NCBI GenBank assembly: GCA_040755855.1
Contig: JBFMAD010000003.1
Coordinates: 128,001 to 192,000, forward strand
DNA from: Planctomycetota bacterium
GTDB taxonomy: Bacteria > Planctomycetota > Brocadiia > JAADGH01
Direction: 5' to 3'
Length of the DNA: 64,000 nucleotides
Under the pieces are notes generated by a model, which did no database searches, had not been told where the DNA came from, and saw nothing but the letters and a program-made list of their open reading frames with translations. Positions 56,361 to 64,000 of this stretch are shown here, piece after piece. The stretch's first letter is position 1. Every line of letters starts with the position of its first letter. The position numbers were made by a program, and so were the translations under genes.

Positions 56361-56501
56361 GGTGTTGTTGAAAAAGTCCCGGAGGTGTCATCCTAAATCC
56401 CGCGCTTCGCGGGATGAAGTATCTCAAACTGGCGAAAGGTTGAGATTCTTCGCTACGCTCAGAATGGCAACCTTGGTCAGAATGGCTTTTTCAACAACCC
56501 C
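56361..56501. mobile_element. MITE-like element with terminal inverted repeats and 5-bp target duplication
   Basis: TIRs GGTGTTGTTGAAAAAG / CTTTTTCAACAACCCC; ACGGC on both flanks (56356-56360, 56502-56506); internal REP-like hairpins. Confidence 0.75.
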
Positions 56502-56591
56502 ACGGCCTCTGGGATGCATTGTTTGGTGCTGGTTTGAGCGAGTCACCGGAAGAGGGGAAAACCCACTTTGCGCCAATAGCGATAAAGGACA

Positions 56592-56738
56592 CAAGTCATG
56601 ACTTCCTGATTCGCAAAGGTATATATAATAATATGAAATTTATATTCTAAAAAGACTTGACAATTTGCCATTATTGGTATATAATACCACTAATAGGGTA
56701 GTTTATTCTTCTTGAGATCGCATAGTTCAAGTCATGCG
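56592..56738 (+). repeat. Conserved non-coding promoter cassette, copy B
   Basis: Homologous to 7532-7677; contains TTGACA (56657)-17-TATAAT (56680) and the CGCAT-N10-ATGCG hairpin. Confidence 0.75.
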
Positions 56739-56871
56739 CCGGCTTCCCGCTAGGCGCAGCATCAAGGAAACCCACAGCCAAGGGAGAAAGACCGATGGTG
56801 AGGAGACGCGCCAACGCAATCATCATGATGCTTGCGCCGCCGGCAAAGTTCCCCATCGCCCCCAAAGATTA

Positions 56872-56917
56872 AAAATTACCGAACGAACTCAAAAGGTCAA
56901 AATTACCAAACGAACTC
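56872..56917 (+). repeat. 19-bp direct repeat pair
   Basis: AAAATTACCGAACGAACTC (56872-56890) and AAAATTACCAAACGAACTC (56899-56917). Confidence 0.85.
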
Positions 56918-56966
56918 CCCGCAAGGTGGATTGATTTGCCCGGGATACAGAGGAAAGAGAAACCAC

Positions 56967-57752
56967 ATGATGGACTTTGATGGAAAGGCCGTCCTGGTCA
57001 CAGGCGCGGCGGGGGCAATCGGCAAGGGCATCGCCGCCGCCTTTTGCGAGGCTGGGGCGAGGGTGTTCATCAGCGACCTGAAACAGGAGGCGGTGGACGC
57101 CGCCGTGAGCGAGATTACCAAAGATGGCGGCGACTGCCGCGGCCTGGCCGCCGACGTGACGAACGAGAGGCAGGCGGCGAAGGTCGTCTCCGCCGCGGCC
57201 TCGGCCTTCGACGGCCGGCTCGACGTGCTCGTCAACGTCGCCGGCGTGACCGGCCAGGGGAAGATCGAGGACCTGACCGAGAAGGAGTGGGACCGCGTCT
57301 TCGCCGTGAACTGCAAGGGCACGTTCCTTTTTATCAAGCACGTCGTCCCGATCATGAAGGCGCAGAAGTCCGGCAAGATCGTCAACTTCTCGTCCAAGTC
57401 GGGCAAGACGGGGTCGGCGCTCCTGAGCCATTACTCGGCGGCGAAGGCGGCGATCATCGGCCTGACCCAGGCGCTGGCCTACGAGCTGGCCGACCACGGC
57501 ATCAACGTGAACTGCATCTGCCCCGGCATCGTGGAGAAGACCGGCGTGTGGAGCGTCCTCGCCGGCGAGTACATGAAGAACCTGAAGCTGACGGAACCCC
57601 AGGTCGTAGAACGGTTTACGTCCAAGGTCCCCCTCAAGCGCCTGACCCGGATTCAGGATGTCGTGGCCGTGACGCTCTTCCTCGCGTCGGAGGGATCGGA
57701 CTACATGACCGGCCAGGCGATCAACGTCACCGGCGGGCGAGAGATGCATTAG
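56967..57752 (+). CDS. SDR oxidoreductase (sorbitol-6-phosphate dehydrogenase-like)
   Basis: TGAAGAIG, NVAG, SSKSGKTG, YSAAK and TGQAINVTGG. Confidence 0.88.
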   Translation: MMDFDGKAVLVTGAAGAIGKGIAAAFCEAGARVFISDLKQEAVDAAVSEITKDGGDCRGLAADVTNERQAAKVVSAAASAFDGRLDVLVNVAGVTGQGKIEDLTEKEWDRVFAVNCKGTFLFIKHVVPIMKAQKSGKIVNFSSKSGKTGSALLSHYSAAKAAIIGLTQALAYELADHGINVNCICPGIVEKTGVWSVLAGEYMKNLKLTEPQVVERFTSKVPLKRLTRIQDVVAVTLFLASEGSDYMTGQAINVTGGREMH

Positions 57753-57766
57753 TTAGTCGTACAAGC

Positions 57767-60700
57767 TCACCACGTTATCGAGATGATTGTGTAATCCCGT
57801 TCCGGCAGCGCAATCTGGATTCCGTCCAACGGCTGCGAGATCGCCTCGCCGGTGAATTCGTTCGTCATCTTGAACTCCGCCGGGATGCCGAGGGCCTTCG
57901 CGTCGAGCTTGACCGCTCCCCTTGCAGGTTCCTTCGTCAGGTTTGCGACGATGAGCAGGACAGACTTCCTGCCCTTGTAGGCGCTGGCAATCAACGGCTT
58001 GTCGGCGGCCACCGGCCCGGCCGCCCAGTGCGGGATGAACTCCGCATCGGAGACCCAGAACTTATCCAGGATGCCCCAGAGTTTCTCGATCTCGCCGTCA
58101 TTGATCCATGAGGCCGAACAGGGCACATCGTTGACCGCGCAGCAGGCCAGGAGCGACCGGCTCGGCTTCGTCTCTTCGTCTCGGTACTTCGTCGGCGTGC
58201 CGCGACCGTACTCCGGCAGGAACGTGATGCCCACGCCCTTGATATAGGAATTCAACTCGCTCTGCCAGACCTCGGGCGGGATCTGGTCGGTGTAATACCA
58301 AATGTCCTGCCCAAGCCGCGCGGTATATTGCTCGCCGGGGTACCAGTAATCCGAGAACGAGTGGCACGGCGGCAGGAAGCGGCTGTGCGCATGGTTCACC
58401 AAGATCATGTTGCGCTTATGGAGAGTCTTGTACACGCGCTTGAGCGACTCGCGCAGGGCGAAGATCGGCGCGCCGATGATGCGCTTGCCGAAGGCGTCGC
58501 GCCCGCCGCAGCCGTGGTAGGCATTGTGGCAGACCTCCGGCGAGCAGCAGTCGAAGTAGATGCCGCCGATGGGGTAGTGCTCCGACATCTCGCCGATCCA
58601 CCAGTTGAGCAGGTCGGTGTAGGCGCTGCGAGGGCAGATGGCGATCAGGTCGTAGGTGAGCGTGCCCTTGACGTAGCCGACGAATTTGTGCCCTTCGGAA
58701 TTTCGCCATTCCGAATGATAGAAATTGTAGACCGGATTGTGCGAGGCCATGTAGGTCGGGCAGGAATAGGGGCAGGGTGTGATCTTGCCGTCGTTGTATC
58801 GCTTCAGCGATTCGCGGAATCCGTCCTCGTCGTCCGGCTGGAGATAGGCGTCCTGCTTCAGCCCGCCGCCGCCCCAGCAGATGGACTGCGAGTGGGAGTA
58901 TTTCACCTTGCCGAATCCGCCGAAGTTGAAATTCCGCCAATCCTTTGGCATGGGCTTGGCCGGGGTGGCCTGGATGCCCATCGTGTAGGGGATCGGCTTG
59001 TCAATCGTCGTCGGCGCGGTGATGATGTTGAGCCGCAGCGTCGTGGCCGTATCCCCGCGAGCGATCTGGATCGGCGGCGGCGAGCCGGGATTGTTCCAGT
59101 TCACGTTGCTCTCGGTGAACCAGCACACGCCCAGGCGATGCCCCGTCAGCCAGACGAATCGGTCGAAGGGGAGCTCGATCTTGCCGTCCTTCCATTCCTC
59201 AAGGTAAGGCGTGAGCACGAACTTCGCGTGCTCGTTCGGCGCGGCGATCACGAGGGCGAGATCGGCGACCTCGACCGGCGCATTGACGGGGCTGAGCGTG
59301 AAGTCGCACCGCAGCATCCCGTCGAACTCGATCACGCTCTTCCATTCCATGCGGAGCGCCGTGGACTCCGCAACGCCCTGCAGCGTGGCATGGTCGGGCT
59401 TCGACTCGACCAGATGAATCTCCTTGCACGTCAGCGTTTCCTCGCCGTCCTTCGTCTTGATCTCGAAGGCGATGGGCTGGGCGAGGACGGCCTCGCCCTG
59501 GCTGGTGATCCGGTCCGGGAACGGCCCCGATGCGAAGACATACTCCCGCCCCAAAACCTTGACGGACTTCCCGCTTGCCTCCACCGGCGTCCACGGCTTC
59601 GGGACGGAGTCGTCAATCCCGGCCTTCGCGTCCACCCACGGCGTGGCCGGGCGGGTGAAGTGGACGGCGCTGCGAATCTTCTCCTTGCTCTCCGCGTCAA
59701 TCAGGTTGACGGTCAACATGTATTGCCCCGGGGTGAGCGTGGGGCAGGCAAAGACATAACTCGCCCGAACGCCCTCGATCGGAACGACCTTCTCCAGGAC
59801 GCGCACACCTGCGCTCTCTTCCTCCACAACTACCTTGCACTCGACCTTCCCCGCCTTGATCCGCTCGCGCCACGCCTTCCCCGCATCGTGGGCGTCGAGG
59901 GCGATCTCGATCTCGTTCGTTTGGGTGATCGGGGTCATGTCAATCACGATGGGCGGGCGGGCATAGAACAGCAGGGAGTAGTCCAATAGTTCGCATTTGT
60001 GAATTTTACTGTGCGCCGTCATGCGGAGGAGGCCGGACTGGGCCTTCTCAAACGTGTGCTGGTAGCGATAGAGCCGGGGCCTCGGCTGCTCCGACTCCAC
60101 CTCGATGCGCATGCCGTCGAGCTTCCCTGCGTCGGACAGGTGCTGCGTCAAGACGTCGATCCGGTCTGCCTTCTCATCCGGCGGGTGGAAGCGGGCAACC
60201 ACGTCCATCTCGCCGCGATGAAGTTCGCCAAGTCGCGTGAGTCGAACGGCGGAGATCTTCCCGCCGAAGACGATGGTTCCGAGGTCGCTGCCCTCGGCCT
60301 TCTGCGAAAAGGCCCACGACGAGGCGGTCCCCGTGTCCGCCCACCGGCGGGCGACGTTGAACCGCCATCGGTCGCCGACCTTCGGCGGGTCCAGACCGAG
60401 AACGGCGTACGGGATGACGAGGTGCGACGTCCATCGCCCCGTTTCCTGCGAAAAGAGCTTTACGCCGCCGCTCCAGGTCTTGTCCCCATTCTTGGAATCG
60501 AGGAGAACCTTGTCGCGGTTGAAGACAAACCGATAGATCGCGTCGGCAGTCGGGTACAGGACGACCTCGTGCGTATCGTCCTTCGCCAGGTTGTCTGCGC
60601 CTTCTTTCGCGTTTGCGACGAGGTCGGTAGGCTTGTCGGAAATCACGGCCAGATAAAGGCTTGCATCGTCATACTTTGCGAAGAACTGCGCGCTGCGGTC

Positions 60701-61579
60701 GGAGGCCAGACCGTTGCCGCTCTGGGCGAGGATCGGCATCTGCGCCGCGTCGGACCACTCATCACCGCGCCAAGCGTCCTCCGGCGTGATGGGATTCTTC
60801 AGTTGGGGGATCGCCAGCGTCGGCGGGCGGTAGTCATCTTCAAGTTCATTCCGCGCGGTGAAGTAGGCGTCCTTGATCTCGCCCGGCGTGAGAGGGCGGT
60901 CGTAGATCTTGATCTCGTCCACGATCGTCCGGTCGTCGGGACTGCAAGCGGGCGGTTTCCAGTACATCAGTGGGGCGATGGTGAAGGCGCCTTCCTTGAC
61001 CTCGGGCAGGACGAGATCCTCGGGGAAGGTCAGCTCGCCCTCCATCTTGCCATTGACGTAGATGCGAAGGGCGCGGTTGTCCCAGGCCACATCCACCTTG
61101 TACCAGTTGCCGGGCCGCCAGCCCTCGGCGCTGGTCCCCGCGTTGAACTTTCTGTTGCCGACGACGAGATGCACGCGCAGGTCGGGCGGCTGGGTGTACT
61201 TGTAGAGCACGAAGTTGAACTCGCCTTGCTTCTGCGCGACAAAAAAATGCTCGAAGCGTTTGTTATCGGGCAGCCAGTTCACGGGCTGGATCCACATGGA
61301 GATTGTGCCGCTGCGGAGGTCGAAGTTGTCCTTGATCTCGTAGTCGAGCCGCTCGCCCTCCTTGCTCTGGAAGCCGGCCCCGTCAATGCCCTGCACCTCG
61401 CGGAGCTCCAGGCTCTCCTTGAACGTCGGCGAGTCGGGGTTGCCGCGGGCGTAGTCGGCGAGGACCGCCCGCTTGTTGAAGGAGAGATGGAAGAGCAGAT
61501 TCGGCTCGGGGGGATCGTCGGCCAATCCAATGGCCGCGCCTGCCATGCCCAACAGAACAATCGCCATAGAGGATCGCAT
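57767..61579 (-). CDS. Large exported multidomain glycoside hydrolase-like protein (LamG, CBM9-like, DUF6067-like)
   Basis: Signal peptide; GTISMWI...VDEIKIYDRPL, PKVGDRWRFNVAR, VPKPWTPV, IEFDGM, QATPAKP and GIYFDC. Confidence 0.7.
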   Translation of the reverse strand: MRSSMAIVLLGMAGAAIGLADDPPEPNLLFHLSFNKRAVLADYARGNPDSPTFKESLELREVQGIDGAGFQSKEGERLDYEIKDNFDLRSGTISMWIQPVNWLPDNKRFEHFFVAQKQGEFNFVLYKYTQPPDLRVHLVVGNRKFNAGTSAEGWRPGNWYKVDVAWDNRALRIYVNGKMEGELTFPEDLVLPEVKEGAFTIAPLMYWKPPACSPDDRTIVDEIKIYDRPLTPGEIKDAYFTARNELEDDYRPPTLAIPQLKNPITPEDAWRGDEWSDAAQMPILAQSGNGLASDRSAQFFAKYDDASLYLAVISDKPTDLVANAKEGADNLAKDDTHEVVLYPTADAIYRFVFNRDKVLLDSKNGDKTWSGGVKLFSQETGRWTSHLVIPYAVLGLDPPKVGDRWRFNVARRWADTGTASSWAFSQKAEGSDLGTIVFGGKISAVRLTRLGELHRGEMDVVARFHPPDEKADRIDVLTQHLSDAGKLDGMRIEVESEQPRPRLYRYQHTFEKAQSGLLRMTAHSKIHKCELLDYSLLFYARPPIVIDMTPITQTNEIEIALDAHDAGKAWRERIKAGKVECKVVVEEESAGVRVLEKVVPIEGVRASYVFACPTLTPGQYMLTVNLIDAESKEKIRSAVHFTRPATPWVDAKAGIDDSVPKPWTPVEASGKSVKVLGREYVFASGPFPDRITSQGEAVLAQPIAFEIKTKDGEETLTCKEIHLVESKPDHATLQGVAESTALRMEWKSVIEFDGMLRCDFTLSPVNAPVEVADLALVIAAPNEHAKFVLTPYLEEWKDGKIELPFDRFVWLTGHRLGVCWFTESNVNWNNPGSPPPIQIARGDTATTLRLNIITAPTTIDKPIPYTMGIQATPAKPMPKDWRNFNFGGFGKVKYSHSQSICWGGGGLKQDAYLQPDDEDGFRESLKRYNDGKITPCPYSCPTYMASHNPVYNFYHSEWRNSEGHKFVGYVKGTLTYDLIAICPRSAYTDLLNWWIGEMSEHYPIGGIYFDCCSPEVCHNAYHGCGGRDAFGKRIIGAPIFALRESLKRVYKTLHKRNMILVNHAHSRFLPPCHSFSDYWYPGEQYTARLGQDIWYYTDQIPPEVWQSELNSYIKGVGITFLPEYGRGTPTKYRDEETKPSRSLLACCAVNDVPCSASWINDGEIEKLWGILDKFWVSDAEFIPHWAAGPVAADKPLIASAYKGRKSVLLIVANLTKEPARGAVKLDAKALGIPAEFKMTNEFTGEAISQPLDGIQIALPERDYTIISITW

Positions 61580-61594
61580 GACTTCCTCCTCGGT

Positions 61595-62803
61595 TCACTT
61601 TCGGAAGAGAACGATGCGGTTTGTGTTCGTCCCGATCTCGTTGTTGTCAATGCCCCAGATCTTGGATGTCTTGGTGAACTGCTGCAAGTTGACAACGATC
61701 CCCTCGCACTCCAATCCCGCCGCGAGGCCGAGGGGGACGACATACTCGTCCAGTTCGACCATGCCGCTTTTCACCTCGCCGACCTCGAAGGCGACCCAGC
61801 CGCCTTTCTTCGTGATGCGGAAAAGCTCCTTGAACACGTCACCCATCACGGCGGTCCAGACGTCGAGTCGGTTGGTCGTCGTGATCCGCCTGGCGATCCG
61901 CTTGTCGTCAATCCCGTTGAACCAGCACCGCAGCCAGTTGTCGTAGGAATACTGGACCACGTTCAGGAAGGGCGGGGAGGTGACCGTGAGCTGCACAGAG
62001 TCCGATTTGATCTCCTTGGTGTGTCGGGCATCGGTGGAGAGGAACAGGGCGGTTTCGCCGGCGGTCCGCAGGGTGGCGATCTCATCCTCCGTCAAGTCTT
62101 TGATGAGGGCCTTCGATTTTTTCAGAATCAACTTCCGCGTGTCGCGGTAGTCGGGCTTCTGGTTGCGCTTCTCGTTGATCTTCCTTTGTCGCTCTCGCGA
62201 GACGGCCTGATTCGGCGGCAAGGTATAGACCGAGAAGAATCCTTTCGAGTGGCCGGTCAGCCGGTTCGTCGCAACCATCCGAATCCATCGGTCCACATGA
62301 TCCTCGCTCCCTGATTCCTTTCGTTCGGTCAGATAATCCCGGAGGCAGACGATCTCCGCCTCCGTCTCCGGGTGGTAGAACATGGACAGGTCAATGTCCG
62401 CTCGACGGCGACAGTCAATTCGCATTTGCGAAAGTCGCTCCTCGACGTCCTTCAGGTCCGGGATGAAGAACCGCGGCGCGGCAAGAATCTCGCTCAGGGG
62501 GTTCACGTCGTTGGCGATGACCCGCCGCCCCATCAGGCCCGCCTCGATGCACGTCGTCCCCCGGCCGCTGAAGGGGTCGTAAACGATGTCGCCTGCGTCG
62601 GTCAGGCGCTCGATGAAGAACCGGGGAAGTTGCGGCTTGAAGCAGGCGCGGTACGAGACCTCGTGGATGGACGACGCCTGGCGCTGCCGGGACGTCCAGA
62701 ATTCCTTGATGTATCTATTTACATGAAAGCCACTTATGGATACGGAATCTTTCCTCGTCCCTGGGATGCCATCCAGAAATCCGCGTCTGTCCTTATTCCT
62801 CAT
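61595..62803 (-). CDS. DNA amino-methyltransferase (N4-C/N6-A), orphan
   Basis: HEVSYRACFKPQLP, motif I DPFSGRGTT and motif IV VTSPPF; start reassigned to MRNKD. Confidence 0.82.
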   Translation of the reverse strand: MRNKDRRGFLDGIPGTRKDSVSISGFHVNRYIKEFWTSRQRQASSIHEVSYRACFKPQLPRFFIERLTDAGDIVYDPFSGRGTTCIEAGLMGRRVIANDVNPLSEILAAPRFFIPDLKDVEERLSQMRIDCRRRADIDLSMFYHPETEAEIVCLRDYLTERKESGSEDHVDRWIRMVATNRLTGHSKGFFSVYTLPPNQAVSRERQRKINEKRNQKPDYRDTRKLILKKSKALIKDLTEDEIATLRTAGETALFLSTDARHTKEIKSDSVQLTVTSPPFLNVVQYSYDNWLRCWFNGIDDKRIARRITTTNRLDVWTAVMGDVFKELFRITKKGGWVAFEVGEVKSGMVELDEYVVPLGLAAGLECEGIVVNLQQFTKTSKIWGIDNNEIGTNTNRIVLFRK

Positions 62804-62817
62804 TTCGGCGGCCCAAG

Positions 62818-63972
62818 TCAATATGCACTGTTCAGCAGTTCGACAATCTCTTCCTTCGACTCGATCTTTCTCGGGTTCGCCGGGACCTGGTGCGTGGCCA
62901 TAGCCAACTCGGCGATTTCGTCGAAGGCGTCGCGCGTGACCTCCAGATGGCGGAGGTTCAGGGGAATGCCGATCAGTTCGTAGAGACGACGGATCGCCGC
63001 CACGGACCGGGCGGCTGTCTGCGCCTCGTCGGCCCCGCGCACCTCGACGCCGAGGGCATGGGCCAGGCTGTGGAGCTTTTTCCCGCACGCCGCCTGGTTG
63101 AACTCCAGCACGAAGGGCAGCATCACCGCGACGGCCAGACTGTGGGGCAGCTTGAACTTGGCCGCCAACGGCAGGCACACGCCGTGGGCCATGCCCAACC
63201 GCGATGTGTTGAACGCCATCGCCGCCAGCGTGCACGCCCGCGCCATGCGATCGCGCGCCGTCATGTCACGGCCATTGGTGTATGCCTGCGGCAGGCTGTG
63301 CGCCGCCAACTCGACGGCGCGGAGGCTCAATCCCTCTGTGAGCGGCGTGGCGAAGTTCGATAGGTACGACTCCACCGCATGAACCAGCGTGTCGCACCCC
63401 GTCATCGCCGTGATGCGCGGCGGCATCGTGGCCGTCATCTGCGGATCAACCAGCGCAACGTCCGGCGCATTTGCCCGGCCCGACACCGGGAACTTCAGGC
63501 CGTTCTCCTCGTCCGTATAAACCCCGCCCCAGGATACCTCGCTGCCCGTGCCCGACGTGGTGGGGATGCAGATGAGTTTAATGCGAAAGGACTCCGGCAG
63601 CTTGTCGCCGCCTTTGTAGTCGCGGATCGAGCCGCCGCACTCCGCCACGATGCGCATGCCCTTCGCCTGGTCCATCGCGCTGCCGCCGCCGACGGCGATG
63701 ACGACATCCATGTCCTCTTCCATCGCCTCGGCCGCCGAATCCACCGCCCCCTGGGTGGGCTCAGACTTGACGTGGTCGAAGACCTCGAAGGCAATCCCTT
63801 CGCGTTCAAGCCCCTCCTCCACCGCCGCCATTCCCCCCGCTCGGCGCACGGCGGGATCAATGACCACGAGGGCGCGCGTCACGCCGAGACGATGGGCCTC
63901 CTCGCCGACCAGTCCGGCGCTTCGCTCGCCATGCACAACCAACGTGGGGCACGAGAAGATGTCAATCTGCAT
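62818..63972 (-). CDS. Iron-containing alcohol dehydrogenase
   Basis: GGGSAMD, PTTSGTGSE, DTLVHAVESY, GMAHG and PH. Confidence 0.93.
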   Translation of the reverse strand: MQIDIFSCPTLVVHGERSAGLVGEEAHRLGVTRALVVIDPAVRRAGGMAAVEEGLEREGIAFEVFDHVKSEPTQGAVDSAAEAMEEDMDVVIAVGGGSAMDQAKGMRIVAECGGSIRDYKGGDKLPESFRIKLICIPTTSGTGSEVSWGGVYTDEENGLKFPVSGRANAPDVALVDPQMTATMPPRITAMTGCDTLVHAVESYLSNFATPLTEGLSLRAVELAAHSLPQAYTNGRDMTARDRMARACTLAAMAFNTSRLGMAHGVCLPLAAKFKLPHSLAVAVMLPFVLEFNQAACGKKLHSLAHALGVEVRGADEAQTAARSVAAIRRLYELIGIPLNLRHLEVTRDAFDEIAELAMATHQVPANPRKIESKEEIVELLNSAY

Positions 63973-64000
63973 TGCACCTGTTCCTTTCGCATGGCCATTC

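Noticed and set aside
56872..56917. CRISPR array (also considered for 7711-7774 and 52878-52951)
   Set aside because: Only two units or no spacers, spacing too short, and no cas genes.
58328..62314. Long plus-strand ORFs (553 and 771 aa)
   Set aside because: Antisense shadows of GC-rich minus-strand genes.
32327..62803. Nuclease and methyltransferase as one R-M system
   Set aside because: About 29 kb apart with no evidence linking them.
62804..63235. Extended methyltransferase N-terminus or ADH-MTase frameshift fusion
   Set aside because: Arg/Gly-rich alternate-frame read of the ADH gene; no slippery site noticed and the ADH is complete.

Overview
GC-rich bacterial chromosomal window, most consistent with an uncultured Planctomycetota-like anaerobe (inferred from gene content). 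It has about 50 CDS and no rRNA, tRNA, CRISPR array, prophage, integrase or transposase that I could see. Housekeeping genes: family-4 UDG, NrnA-like DHH, tmk, nadE. Also present: many sugar oxidoreductases and large exported carbohydrate-active proteins (GH130, GH172/DUF2961, DUF5060/GH5-like, GH101/129-like, DUF6067-like, SGNH, beta-helix, PQQ-propeller); a USP / ADP-forming acyl-CoA synthetase / DRTGG operon; a porin-FecR-FecR-TMTC-like envelope cluster; two tandem membrane-anchored pilin-like paralogues; a yefM-yoeB module with an orphan vapB; an orphan nuclease-like gene; and an orphan DNA methyltransferase. The most unusual signal is non-coding. A ~147-bp cassette occurs twice, 49 kb apart (7532-7677 and 56592-56738), with identical internal spacing: CAAGTC motif, TG-N5-CA dyad, AT tract, perfect TTGACA-17-TATAAT promoter and a GCATA-N4-AAGTCATGCG hairpin. 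Each copy lies behind a palindromic repeat element and ahead of its own direct-repeat pair, and the first copy has no sense gene downstream. Other oddities: a mosaic of short tandem-repeat families, heptamer arrays translated inside a PQQ-propeller gene, two apparently circularly permuted jelly-roll inserts, a Zn-ribbon/Thr-linker-Gfo/Idh/MocA fusion, and a hydrolase ending in CxxCH. All family calls come from motif recognition by eye; no searches were run.
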